Assembly: GCA_039815185.1 (NCBI GenBank)
Contig: JBCBZT010000024.1
Coordinates: 32,001-96,000 of the forward strand
Length of the DNA stretch: 64,000 bases
Reading direction: 5' to 3'
Source of the DNA: Cyanobacteria bacterium P01_A01_bin.123
Lineage (GTDB): Bacteria; Cyanobacteriota; Cyanobacteriia; Phormidesmidales; Phormidesmidaceae
Translations under genes and position numbers: made by a program
The notes under the pieces: generated by a model
What the model was told of the DNA's origin: nothing
Seen by the model: the letters and a program-made list of their open reading frames with translations, nothing else
Database searches by the model: none
Shown here: piece after piece, positions 19,797 through 29,935 of the stretch
Numbering within the stretch: the first letter of the stretch is position 1
Layout of the letters: every line of letters starts with the position of its first letter

Positions 19797-21542
19797 TTAG
19801 CGGTCAGACTGCTTGAGGGATTCACTAAGGTCGCGATTGTTAGTTTCTGGATTGAGCTGAGGGATGGGCAATCGATTTTGGGCGCGGCGGCGGATGCCCC
19901 ATAGCAGCAATGACCCCACCCCGGTGAAGGCCACGCCTCCGAAAAAGATGGCTTTGGCCAATTGACGGGCAGGGTTAAACACTTCCGCTTGATTGATCTC
20001 AGCTAATAGCGCCAGGTTCTGATCGCCGACCCAGCGATAAACACCAATCACAGGGGTCTTGGCGTAGTTTAGATAAAGCCCTTCTCCCTCTTGGCGGTTA
20101 ATGGCGTTATCAATACCCCGGCTCGAAACCCCAGTTTGAAACTGTACGTCAATGTCTTGTCGCTTTGAGACAAATTCGCTTTTGATCAGCGAAGATCGTC
20201 CCACCAAGTAGGTTTCGCCAGTGTCACCTAAGTAGTTGCGATCGCCCTCGCTCAAGTTAATGGGTTGGCGGATGCGTTCATCTAAGTCAGTGAGGTTTAA
20301 ATCGACTGCGAGTACTCCAATCCGCTGTCCGGTTTCATCCACAACCGGGGTGGCAAGAGTAATCAACAGCTCGTTCGTTAGGGGCGACACGTACAGGTTG
20401 GGTTCAACCCGATCGACCTGATCGGCAGTGAAGTAAGTTGTGGTATTTTGCAGCGGTTGATATTGCCCCACTCGTCTATCGTCGGCAGAGAAAACCACAA
20501 TGCCGCCGTTCGTCAGTAGGGCGATGTCCTGTTGACCAGGTGCTTTTGTCTGGAGTTCGGCAACATATTGGCTGATAGCACTGTAGGCTGTTGCCTGAAC
20601 GTCGCTGCTACCTGCCTGCTGTAGCAAGATTTTGAGATCGGGTAACAGCGCTGGATCAACGGCGGTATCTAAAACGGCATTGGTTTGTCGATCAAACCAA
20701 GTCGTTAACTCGCTTTGCTTTAGGTCAGCAGCTCGCCCCAGTTGCTCAACGCTAGGGCCAATTAATGATGTTCGCACGGTGACATACACCCCAAAGGAGA
20801 CCACGCTCGCGACCAATAGCCCTGCTAAGGGGAAGTAGCTAATCCAGGGCCCAGATTTTGCGTCATTGCTCTCTGGGACTTTGGGATTGGGGGTAACGGA
20901 TTGCGATCGCGCCTTAATCAATTCTCGAACCCGCTGTTTGAGATAGAAATAGCCGCCGCCCAAAAGCGGAACAGCGGGCATCAACAGCAACCACAACGCG
21001 GAAGGCGGATTAGTGTCTTGACCCGGTAGCAACAAGGGTTGTTGACCAAACGAGGTTGGTATCCAAACGACGGCTTGGCCAAACAGGGCAGTCGTTGAAG
21101 GTAGGGATAAGGGTTGTCCCGGAACTAACTGTTGCCAGGTTTTTGCCCCAACGATGCCATCGACCTCTAAGTTTTGATCTTCCTGAAACGCTTCTACGGC
21201 TGTCAGAGTAGCAGGGCCAAAAATACCATCCACAGTGTCCAAATCATACCCTTGGATTTGTAACTGCTGCTGCAACCGCTCGACTGCTTCACCGCGTTGA
21301 CCTAGGGTCAGGATTGGGGTAGGCGTAATCTGCGCATTCTGATCACCTTGGCGGTTTCGGTCACTCGGAGGGCGATTGGCTTGCGTAACTACAGATGCTG
21401 CCACGGGCACAGGTGAAATTTCCGCCGCGATCGCTCGATTAAGGCCATCCTGTACCCAGGAGCTACCGCCCCAACAGCTTGCCAGGGTCAGCGTTAGGCC
21501 TACGGTTTTGAGTATGCGGTGTACTGGAAACGAATGCCCCAT
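19797..21542 (-). CDS. Peptidoglycan-binding domain plus dCache membrane protein
   Basis: PG_binding_1 motif G.AVERLQQQL..GY..VDGIFGPAT..AV.AFQ..L.VDGIVG.KTW; dCache segment paralogous to the neighbour; ends about 30 aa after the last TM. Confidence 0.78.
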   Translation of the reverse strand: MGHSFPVHRILKTVGLTLTLASCWGGSSWVQDGLNRAIAAEISPVPVAASVVTQANRPPSDRNRQGDQNAQITPTPILTLGQRGEAVERLQQQLQIQGYDLDTVDGIFGPATLTAVEAFQEDQNLEVDGIVGAKTWQQLVPGQPLSLPSTTALFGQAVVWIPTSFGQQPLLLPGQDTNPPSALWLLLMPAVPLLGGGYFYLKQRVRELIKARSQSVTPNPKVPESNDAKSGPWISYFPLAGLLVASVVSFGVYVTVRTSLIGPSVEQLGRAADLKQSELTTWFDRQTNAVLDTAVDPALLPDLKILLQQAGSSDVQATAYSAISQYVAELQTKAPGQQDIALLTNGGIVVFSADDRRVGQYQPLQNTTTYFTADQVDRVEPNLYVSPLTNELLITLATPVVDETGQRIGVLAVDLNLTDLDERIRQPINLSEGDRNYLGDTGETYLVGRSSLIKSEFVSKRQDIDVQFQTGVSSRGIDNAINRQEGEGLYLNYAKTPVIGVYRWVGDQNLALLAEINQAEVFNPARQLAKAIFFGGVAFTGVGSLLLWGIRRRAQNRLPIPQLNPETNNRDLSESLKQSDR

Positions 21543-21545
21543 GCC

Positions 21546-22934
21546 CTAATTCCATTCAGCAAAAATGCGCTTAATATCTGCGATCGCCGTGTCTGCTGCC
21601 TCCTCTGGGGGCAAGTTTTGGGTGACGATATCGTGGACTGCTTTGCCCCAAACATTATTAGCTTGAACTTGGCTGTAAGCCGGGTTCAATACGGTATACA
21701 AGGGGCGGGTCAACTCAAACTGCTGACTTGCCACCAAGACATGGGGATCACTCTCGTCTGTCCAAAATGGGCGCTCTAACAAATCAGGCATTACTGGGAA
21801 AAATCGCCCCTGGGCGCCCTCAATATAGCTGGCTAAAACATCCGGTTGAGTCAAATAGCGAATCAGGTCTTTCGCCTGCTCAGGCTGATCGGAATCTTCC
21901 AGCACAACGACTTGTTTCGTGGAGGTGACATAGCGCATGGGTTCGCCACTGGGTTTATTCGGCCAGAGTACCGTCGCCATCTGCTCCTTGTAGGTCACCT
22001 CGTCCTGCCGCTGAGACCCTGGAATCGACATAGTGGCATTCGCCGTCATTAGGGTTAATCGACTCAAAAATGTCACGTTATTGTCAGGATCGCCCCAATC
22101 AATAGCATTCTCAGGTACATAACCCGAGCGATAAAAGTTGGTGTAGTCTGCCAATGCCCGAATAATCCCCTCGCGCACGCCTGGATCATCTAAGCGTAAT
22201 TGTCCGTTGCTGTCGAGCAACTCAACGTCATAAGCTTCTAAAAACTGCTCAAACAAATAAGTCGTGTCGGTTGCTGCCACTGACATCGGCAGACCGACGG
22301 CATAAATTGAATCGTTGCCCGTCTTTTGTCTCACCCCTGCCTGGGCCTGAGTCCAAACCTGCCAGAAGTTATCCCACACCATAGGAATCGAATTATCATC
22401 AACTCCGGCATCAGCCAATAGGGGTTTCCAGTAATGAATATGGGTAGTTTGCTGAGACAGTGGCACCGCATAGAAGCTGCGATTGCCAGCCTGATTGTTT
22501 TGATAGTTGACACTTTCCAAGGCCTCAGGCGTGTAGAGGTCTTGAATCGGTTCAATCACATCGGAGACATCCGCCAACTTGCCTTGCCATGCCAAAAGGG
22601 GGATAACGTCAAAGGCAATACTGTAGCCGTAGAGCACATCTGGGGGGTTACCGGCTTCAATGGCGCTTTGGCTTTGCTGAATTAAATCTTTTTCACTGTA
22701 GAAAACCAAATTGGCCTCAATGTTATTCTCAGCAGACCAATCATCAACTGCCTGGCGAATGGCTTCTGTTTCTTCGGGGTAATAGCCCTCGCTCCACCAA
22801 ATCTCTAACGCCGAATCTGCCCCGGTAGTTGGATCACCACCTGCAGACAGCTGATTGCAGGCAGTTAGTCCGCTGAAACTAACTAAGACAGGTAGCGCTA
22901 GCGGCAATAAGTTACGACGCATAGTGATAATCAT
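21546..22934 (-). CDS. Extracellular solute-binding lipoprotein (sugar-type ABC SBP family)
   Basis: Lipobox LTAC, IWWSEG, AIEAGNPPDV, FYAVPL, PEEAADTAIA.IK.IF. Confidence 0.85.
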   Translation of the reverse strand: MIITMRRNLLPLALPVLVSFSGLTACNQLSAGGDPTTGADSALEIWWSEGYYPEETEAIRQAVDDWSAENNIEANLVFYSEKDLIQQSQSAIEAGNPPDVLYGYSIAFDVIPLLAWQGKLADVSDVIEPIQDLYTPEALESVNYQNNQAGNRSFYAVPLSQQTTHIHYWKPLLADAGVDDNSIPMVWDNFWQVWTQAQAGVRQKTGNDSIYAVGLPMSVAATDTTYLFEQFLEAYDVELLDSNGQLRLDDPGVREGIIRALADYTNFYRSGYVPENAIDWGDPDNNVTFLSRLTLMTANATMSIPGSQRQDEVTYKEQMATVLWPNKPSGEPMRYVTSTKQVVVLEDSDQPEQAKDLIRYLTQPDVLASYIEGAQGRFFPVMPDLLERPFWTDESDPHVLVASQQFELTRPLYTVLNPAYSQVQANNVWGKAVHDIVTQNLPPEEAADTAIADIKRIFAEWN

Positions 22935-23121
22935 AAGCTTGGCATGTGGACTCTCTCTTACTTATCAAACCCGCTTTTACTAAGAAACTCCCAAGTCCGC
23001 AACAGAGATTGAGAATTGACAGGCATATTTTCCAACCTAACCTCTATCCGGCTCTAGTACGATCAGACTTGAGTCGAGAAAATGTTCGGCGTAACCCGAA
23101 CACCAGATGGAACCTTTGGGA

Positions 23122-24162
23122 CTACCAAGTGCAAAATCCCCAAAGCCAGAGGGGCAACATCAGCAACAAGACCACAGAACTTAACCCCACAGATGTCACC
23201 GCCAGATCCCGATCGAGGTGATAGGTTTCAGAAAGCACCAGGGTTGCAAAGGCGCAAGGCATGCCCGACTGCAACACCATGACCAATCTAGCTGGCCCCT
23301 CAATGCCAATTGCCGTTAGCGTCATCCCCACCACTAGGGGAATCAAGAACATCTTAATGCCTACAGCTATAGACGCAGGCTTCAGATTACCCCAAGATGT
23401 GAGTTGCTGCAGACGCATGCCCATGAGTGCTAACGCCAACATCACCATTAACCAAGCAAAGCCATTGAGAACAATATCAAGCAGTTCGGGAAAGACAACC
23501 GGACGCAGGGCTAACCCTGTAAAAAACGCTAAAATCGTCGGGTTTTTGACGACTTCTGTTAAGGCTGTGAGGCGCTGTCGGTTAGGCGGGCGCGATTGAT
23601 CATCTCTCCCCGGTGTTTTGGTGCCAAATTGGGCGGCTAGAATCACCCCGAGGACATATGCTCCCAACAGTGTTCCCAACACGTCATAAAACAATGCCCA
23701 ACCAAAGTAGTCGGGGCCTAGTTGGGGCAGTAATAACACAACAGGGAACCCGATGTAGCCCGTGTTGCCAAACATTGAACTGAGGGAAAAACTACCTTGA
23801 GAGGGTTGGGGCCACGCTCGGCGGTAGGGACGCACCCACAGACGACTGCATAGCAGGGCTAACAAGATAGCCGACCAAGCAACAAGCGGGGCCATGAGTA
23901 CAGAGCCTGATAAATCCGCTCGATGTAAAAAATTGACAATGCTCAGTGGCACCCCGATCAAGAACAAAAATTTGCCCAGGTAGGTGGGAATGTCACGGTT
24001 GAGTTGGCGTTTAAAGCGGCGCTTGAAGAGGGGTAAGCCCAGAAAATAGCTAATCCCTGCGCCAATGATCACGGCAGTGCAGATGGGTAGATAGAGTTGA
24101 AATAGAAAGATAAGCGGATTCACGCCTTTAACACCCTTTAGGAAAATAAACCTTGGCCACAT
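23122..24162 (-). CDS. AEC (auxin efflux carrier / malate permease) family transporter
   Basis: About 10 TM segments, GNTGYIGFP, GMPCA, LSETYHLD; true start may be slightly downstream. Confidence 0.88.
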   Translation of the reverse strand: MWPRFIFLKGVKGVNPLIFLFQLYLPICTAVIIGAGISYFLGLPLFKRRFKRQLNRDIPTYLGKFLFLIGVPLSIVNFLHRADLSGSVLMAPLVAWSAILLALLCSRLWVRPYRRAWPQPSQGSFSLSSMFGNTGYIGFPVVLLLPQLGPDYFGWALFYDVLGTLLGAYVLGVILAAQFGTKTPGRDDQSRPPNRQRLTALTEVVKNPTILAFFTGLALRPVVFPELLDIVLNGFAWLMVMLALALMGMRLQQLTSWGNLKPASIAVGIKMFLIPLVVGMTLTAIGIEGPARLVMVLQSGMPCAFATLVLSETYHLDRDLAVTSVGLSSVVLLLMLPLWLWGFCTW

Positions 24163-24295
24163 CCAGACCGCTAGCTTGCTTGAGCGAAAAGCTTAAGCGT
24201 TTTTCCTCAAGCTAAGAACTCCAAGTTTCAAATCGGATATGGTTTAGCGGCAAAACAATACAAACAACAATAATCGGAACCGACTCCCTTACTCC

Positions 24296-26569
24296 TTACT
24301 TTGCCCAAACCTCAGGTTGCAATCCGGATCTTTGCAAAATTAGGGGTGCCGTTAAAAAACCGGTGTTTAATTGAGTTTTGGGTTTATGCCAGTGGCCATA
24401 GGCGATCGCGACCTCGACTGCATATTGGGGTGCACGGTGGGCTAGATCCACAGGCACGATGCCCAGAATACCAACGGGCAGCGGCGTTTTGTCCAGGCTG
24501 GGTCTTAGGTGGATGGGTAGATGTTGACTCAAGTCAGGGTCGAGGGTTTGGAGATAGTGGGTCACGGCTGGATTGTCAGTGGCCACCAGCCAGGTGCCAA
24601 AGCAACGGCAGATTTTGAGCAGTCGCAGGGTGCGTTGTCCCCCCTCACCTAGCCCTTCGTGCTGGCTGTAGAGGTTGAGCGCTTGGTGTACGGCTTGCTT
24701 AACTGACGAAAACTGGCGCTGCTGGTATAGCGTTTGGTAGATCTGATTCAGCGTTTTAGCCAAGGGGGTAAAGCCTTGGCGATCGCGTTCGAGTTTTTCT
24801 AAAAGCAGGGGTAGCACGATCGGGTCTGCGACACCCCGTTGCTGCAAGCGTTCACCCTGACAGGTCAGGTCATAAAGTTCTGAGAGCAGCTGATCCGATT
24901 GGCTAATGATGATTAAATGTTGCTGCCAACGTTGCAAGATGCGATCGCGAGCGGTATTTAAGATGTGCTTAGCGTCACTCAAGGCAGTGGCTTGGCTCAG
25001 GCGTTTCGCCACTGGGTCAAGTTCGGTTGCCACAATCTGACCCAGCACATCCATGTGAGCTTTAGTGCCTTCATTGCCAATCCCTGAGTTGTTCTTGGGC
25101 TCTGAGCAGCGGTTAAACATAACTGCCACACAATCAGTTTCGGGTGTAGTCAGTAGGGGTTGGCTAGCACTGTGCCAATCGCATAGGTACTGAAGCGTTC
25201 GTGCCCCAGCCAGAATATCGGTTCCTTTATGGGGGGCCACGTCGTGGATCACCAGGTCAAATGGCTCAGGGGTATTGACTGTAAAGGCGTGTTTCCAGTC
25301 CGTCGCGATTTGGTGGCGGGATGCTTCACTTTGGCCGAAGGCGGTCGCCCAAATTTGATTGGATCCTTGAGCGATCGCAGAAAACCCATAGGGTTCGACC
25401 AAAGCTAAGCTATCTCGTCGGGTCAACATGGCATATCGAATACTGCTGGCTGTTCTTTCAAGCTGGGCCACAAATGGACTGGCCCCATCCCCGACGCGAG
25501 TGTGGTCGTGGAGTAAGACCTGGGTGCTATGGCTACGGCGAATTTCGTCCAAGCTGGCAATCCCAACGGCTAGCATTTTGTTAATGCCCCCGCTGCCATA
25601 GCGCCCCTCGTAAGGATGAATCTTGGTATCCCCAGCAACCACGGTCAAATGATTTTGAAACAGTAACTTGGGTACCTGGATGGTGTAATGGCGACCCCAG
25701 CGCACCCCAAAACAAGCATCGGTCTGAGGCATCAACGCTAGGGAGAGATCAACCGTTTGAGCCGCAGCGGATTCACAGCGTAGGGTACAACGACTCTCAG
25801 GTGCAAGGGTTTGGCGGAGTTGTTCAAGATGGTCTGAGGTCACACATCTGCGATCGAGGCTCAACTTCCAGCGGCGTTGGCCCATGTGCTTATCCAATTG
25901 GATTAATAGCGCAGCCACTAGGTCTAGGTGTGTGTCCAGTAAGGTCGGGGCAATATGGATAAATAAGCGTGGTGCAGCGGGCATCGTATCGGTTAGCCCA
26001 CTGTGTTGCAATAGTGGGGGGATACGAGCCACATCAGATTTGGTTTTTACGATTGCCGGGACTGTTTGAGCAAAATCCCAAATAGTGACGCGGGAGAGCT
26101 CAGTTGTAATCGCTTTGGTACTTTGCTGGTAAATCTCGAACCCAGCGGCTTCGACTTGCAGATAGCGGTCAGGGCCAATCAACCGTTCAATTTCTTCGGC
26201 AGTCATAAACGGGTGTGTTCCCAAGCCATAAAGCAGTGTGATGTCTAAGTTTGGGTTTTGTTGCTTCAATTGCAACCCGGCATCGATTAGGGTTTGGGCT
26301 GCTACCTGGGTACGCGTTTTATCCGGCAAAACAAACAACAGCCGGTTTGCGATGACTTGTTTAACCGCGATCGCCTGACTGAGGGCCTGGTTCAAATCTT
26401 GGATACACTGCTGCAAAGCCAGCTCTCGGGGGATGGGTTGACCCGGAAGCGTGTTAGGGGTAAAAACATGGTGCTTGGGGGGTAGCTGCAGCGTTTCTTC
26501 AGGGAAACTTTTCAGCTCAACCGAGCTCAGTCGGCTATTTTTCACCGTTGTTCTCGCTTGGATGGGCAT
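24296..26569 (-). CDS. Lactate racemase (LarA/DUF2088) domain-containing protein
   Basis: LPDKTR, GLGTH, HPYEGRYGSGGINKML resemble LarA D.TR, LGTH and H..GFSGGRK motifs. Confidence 0.65.
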   Translation of the reverse strand: MPIQARTTVKNSRLSSVELKSFPEETLQLPPKHHVFTPNTLPGQPIPRELALQQCIQDLNQALSQAIAVKQVIANRLLFVLPDKTRTQVAAQTLIDAGLQLKQQNPNLDITLLYGLGTHPFMTAEEIERLIGPDRYLQVEAAGFEIYQQSTKAITTELSRVTIWDFAQTVPAIVKTKSDVARIPPLLQHSGLTDTMPAAPRLFIHIAPTLLDTHLDLVAALLIQLDKHMGQRRWKLSLDRRCVTSDHLEQLRQTLAPESRCTLRCESAAAQTVDLSLALMPQTDACFGVRWGRHYTIQVPKLLFQNHLTVVAGDTKIHPYEGRYGSGGINKMLAVGIASLDEIRRSHSTQVLLHDHTRVGDGASPFVAQLERTASSIRYAMLTRRDSLALVEPYGFSAIAQGSNQIWATAFGQSEASRHQIATDWKHAFTVNTPEPFDLVIHDVAPHKGTDILAGARTLQYLCDWHSASQPLLTTPETDCVAVMFNRCSEPKNNSGIGNEGTKAHMDVLGQIVATELDPVAKRLSQATALSDAKHILNTARDRILQRWQQHLIIISQSDQLLSELYDLTCQGERLQQRGVADPIVLPLLLEKLERDRQGFTPLAKTLNQIYQTLYQQRQFSSVKQAVHQALNLYSQHEGLGEGGQRTLRLLKICRCFGTWLVATDNPAVTHYLQTLDPDLSQHLPIHLRPSLDKTPLPVGILGIVPVDLAHRAPQYAVEVAIAYGHWHKPKTQLNTGFLTAPLILQRSGLQPEVWAK

Positions 26570-27204
26570 GAAATTAAAATGACGGGATTAGTCTATGCTT
26601 TGAGCGGCGGCAACTCTATAGCGAGGCCAGCCGCCGTAACTCGCTTCATCAGTGTGCCCAACTTTAATGCAATTGGGTCAAACCAGGATGAGATGCTTAT
26701 TTCAGCAAATATGATTCTTGAAGGCATGATAAAGCCCGTAGGCTTAAAGTACTGTTGCAAGCGTTTTTGGAGGTCAGCGTTACAGAAAGGGGCATAGCGA
26801 TCTTTGGCTGCATAGCGACTTATCAAAAAGAATCAAGGGTTTCAGCACCTTATCATTCCAAAACCGTCCAGCTCGTTGTGACAAAACGAGGCTTGTTTGA
26901 GTTGTTACCACTATCGCAGAAATGCACGGTAGAAGAAATCCTGAAAAGTTCAGGTTTATTCAGGTTTGTTCAGGTCAATATTCCGGATAGTGCTTGGCAA
27001 GTATCGATTTATTGATACCCCAAATGGTGGGGTCAAACTTTACGCAGCTATTGTCTAGCCTGTGCGTCTCAAGTCCCCTACATGGCTAGAATCAATCTTG
27101 CTGTGGTTGATTCAGCCGGGGGTTGGGATTGGGGTGTACGATTGCCTTATCTACAATTTGTAGTGGGTTGTGTAGAGTTGGTCGACGGAACGTCGGCATA
27201 TGCT

Positions 27205-27534
27205 ATGAGTCAGCAAGATAATTTTGCATCGGGATTTATCGCCGGAGCCTTCGTTGGCGGTGTGGTTGGCGGTGTAATCGGAGTTTTGGTGTCGTCGCGT
27301 CTTAATCAAGATGAAGGCGATAATGCCAGCGATCGCAGCTTGATCAATCGCTCAGAATCGGGGCAATCCTTTGAAGATATGACCGAAGCTGGTATGGAGA
27401 TTGCTCGTCAGGGACTAGAAAGTAAAATTGCCCAACTCAACGAAGCGATCGACGATGTGCGCCAACAGCTCGATAATGTGAATGGTCACAGCCAGCCGCG
27501 CGTCTATGATGACCCGTCAACGATTGATTCTTAA
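27205..27534 (+). CDS. Small cyanobacterial membrane protein (glycine-rich TM plus coiled coil)
   Basis: MSQQDNFASGFIAGAFVGGVVGG then LESKIAQLNEAIDDVRQQL. Confidence 0.75.
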   Translation: MSQQDNFASGFIAGAFVGGVVGGVIGVLVSSRLNQDEGDNASDRSLINRSESGQSFEDMTEAGMEIARQGLESKIAQLNEAIDDVRQQLDNVNGHSQPRVYDDPSTIDS

Positions 27535-27639
27535 GGTTTAGATGCTGCGATTTTGAGTTTGGATCTTGTGTTTTTCCGCTGCCCTAATTAGGGTGTGACC
27601 CGCGTTGTTTTATTCTGCTGCCGATAGCAGCCTTCATTT

Positions 27640-28410
27640 GTGTCTTTTTTTACGCAGCTGGTCTCTGGCAATGCTCTAGTTGTTGGGGCTAGCCAGGGCA
27701 TTGGGTTAGGGTTTGTCAATGCGTTACTACAACAGCCCAATCTGACCCACATTTATGCTACCTATCGCCATGCAGAGGCTGTTTCAGAGCTGCAACTGCT
27801 CAAGACCGCTTTTCCTGAAAAACTGCACCTGTTGCAGATGGATATCACCCATGAAGTGCAAATTGCTGCTGCAATTGCCCAGATACAAGCTGAATTGGGA
27901 GCACTGCATTTTGCCATCAATTGTGTAGGTATTTTGCACGAGGGCACCCTACAACCCGAAAAGAGCCTGCGCCAAATTGAGGCCGATCAATTGCTGCACT
28001 ACTTTAAGGTGAACAGCATTGGCACGATCTTGTTGGCCAAGCATCTACTGCCGTTGCTCAAACACCGCGATCGCAGCGTATTTGCTACCATCTCCGCCAA
28101 AGTGGGCAGTATTGGCGATAACCGTTTAGGGGGCTGGTATGGCTACCGGGCATCCAAAGCCGCGTTGAATATGTTTTTGCACACTGCCGCCATTGAATAC
28201 GGTCGCAAAAGCCCAAAGACCATTTTGGTAGCGCTCCACCCTGGAACTACCGACACCCAACTTTCAAAACCTTTTCAGCGCAATGTCCCGCCAGAAAAGC
28301 TGTTTCCTGTTGAGCGTACGGTGGGGCAACTTATCGCCGTGATTGATGGGCTGGAAGAGTCTGACAGCGGCGAATTTTTTTCTTGGGATGGCAGTCGTTT
28401 GCCTTGGTAG
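27640..28410 (+). CDS. SDR family oxidoreductase (CsgA / C-factor-like)
   Basis: GASQGIG, SAKVGSIGDN, YRASK, LHPGTTDT. Confidence 0.92.
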   Translation: MSFFTQLVSGNALVVGASQGIGLGFVNALLQQPNLTHIYATYRHAEAVSELQLLKTAFPEKLHLLQMDITHEVQIAAAIAQIQAELGALHFAINCVGILHEGTLQPEKSLRQIEADQLLHYFKVNSIGTILLAKHLLPLLKHRDRSVFATISAKVGSIGDNRLGGWYGYRASKAALNMFLHTAAIEYGRKSPKTILVALHPGTTDTQLSKPFQRNVPPEKLFPVERTVGQLIAVIDGLEESDSGEFFSWDGSRLPW

Positions 28411-28450
28411 TCCACTGCTGAGCTCTTCAGAATGATCGCCCTCTCAAAGG

Positions 28451-28672
28451 CTATGCTCCCAAGGCTGTAACCTGGGTTGCTTTGACTAGGCCTACTGCGT
28501 AGGCCAGGGCGGCTTGAACTTGAATCTGGGTCAGTTCATATTCTTGCATGACTTCTGTTTTGCACATGCCGCCAGTTCGGGAGCCAATGACGAAGGAAAC
28601 AGGGACGCGGGTTCCGGCAATCGTGGGCGTACCGTGGTGGATTGTAGCGTTGCTACAGGATACCTCAAGTCC
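28451..28672 (-). pseudogene. DUF433 antitoxin-like remnant lacking a start codon
   Basis: Manual translation: IHHGTPTIAGTRVPVSFVIGSRTGGMCKTEVMQEYELTQIQVQAALAYA...GA*; no start codon before the in-frame TAG at 28685-28687. Confidence 0.7.
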
Positions 28673-28676
28673 AGCC

Positions 28677-29309
28677 TCAAGAAACTAGTTTCAAACGTAA
28701 GACATTCAAAATGTAGTGTATTTTTTCGCTACCTAAACCTACTCCTACAGCGATGTTTCTTTTATCTTTTAATACTAAATAGCTATTTCCGTCCTCTCTA
28801 CCCTCAGATATTTCTTCGACTTCACTCCAACTAAATTGCTTGTACCAACCAATGGAGCCGACACCAGTAAACAACAATGCTGCATCATCCTCCACTGCAA
28901 TCAGAAAGCGACCAAACAAAGACATTAGCGTAACCCAGACTAATAATATGCTTCCCGCGAGAAAAGGCAATCCAAAAAATATTGCCCTAAGATCGAAATC
29001 GCCGCTATAAATCTGAGTTCCATAAATTTTAGACAAAGATCCGCCAGCCCAAATGATCGTAAATGGAACTAAAAATACCGCCAACATTTTATTATGGCAC
29101 GAAGCTTCTATTGTCCAATTCAATCCTTCCTCAAAAAAATCAACACCTTCTATGATCTGATCAGCATCGAAGTTTTCGCGAGATTTTATCGTCAATAAAT
29201 CGGATAAAGCCTCTAGATTTCCACATTTTGAGCAATACACCGTATCTTTTTCGACATTGATGTTTCTTTCGTCTATGCCTTGCTTACACTCGCTACATTT
29301 AACTTCCAT
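28677..29309 (-). CDS. Hypothetical membrane protein with N-terminal CxxC...CxxC zinc ribbon; AT-rich
   Basis: CSEC and CSKC, two hydrophobic TM segments; composition differs visibly from flanking core genes. Confidence 0.75.
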   Translation of the reverse strand: MEVKCSECKQGIDERNINVEKDTVYCSKCGNLEALSDLLTIKSRENFDADQIIEGVDFFEEGLNWTIEASCHNKMLAVFLVPFTIIWAGGSLSKIYGTQIYSGDFDLRAIFFGLPFLAGSILLVWVTLMSLFGRFLIAVEDDAALLFTGVGSIGWYKQFSWSEVEEISEGREDGNSYLVLKDKRNIAVGVGLGSEKIHYILNVLRLKLVS

Positions 29310-29664
29310 ACTTGTTAAGTTCCCTTTAAGTCACCATTGCAGTCAGATCAGAAAATCTTTATAAAACATGCACACAGCATGCTAATTAATATGGAATCTC
29401 AGTGTATTTTCAGAGAGATTTGATCTCGATTCTAAAAATACTGATTCTGTGAAAGCCTAAAGGTTATCTTCAGCGGCTCGAGGTTAACTTTCGGGAAGAT
29501 CGATCATTTTGTCGCTATCGATGCGGCGACTAGCGATCGCCTCTATCTCGCCACATCACAAGCGCGCCCTTCACCCCAACACCACCATCAAACGAGCACG
29601 CTCTTCAGTCCTTCAAACCGCTATCGTGCTTAACAAACCTAGGTTGAAATGAAAGGCGCATTCT

Positions 29665-29716
29665 GCATGGGTTACGCTTCGAGAAGGCAAAGCCCACGTT
29701 CCTCAATCCATCCTAC
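29665..29716 (-). repeat. REP-like element, family B, with internal insertion
   Basis: Minus strand reads GTAG-GATGGATTGAGGAACGT...AACCCATGC; related copies at 30538-30583 and 33603-33632. Confidence 0.7.
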
Positions 29717-29820
29717 GGTGATGGGCGATCGCAATCAGATGTACTTTAGATGTATGAGAGATGTATGAGCTTAACGCTGCTCCTAAAGCACGTTTGAAGA
29801 TGTAACTTGTTGGAGTTGAT

Positions 29821-29847
29821 GGTGCGTTAAGCTTTCGCTAACGCACC
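29821..29847. repeat. REP element, family A (degenerate)
   Basis: GGTGCGTTA-AGCTTTCGC-TAACGCACC palindrome. Confidence 0.7.
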
Positions 29848-29935
29848 GCTAGCGCCGCTCCTTAATGGACTTTGCTTGTCTTCAAGGACTGCCTAGCCCG
29901 CTAAAATTAGCCTAAACAATCACTGCTGCTCTTCC

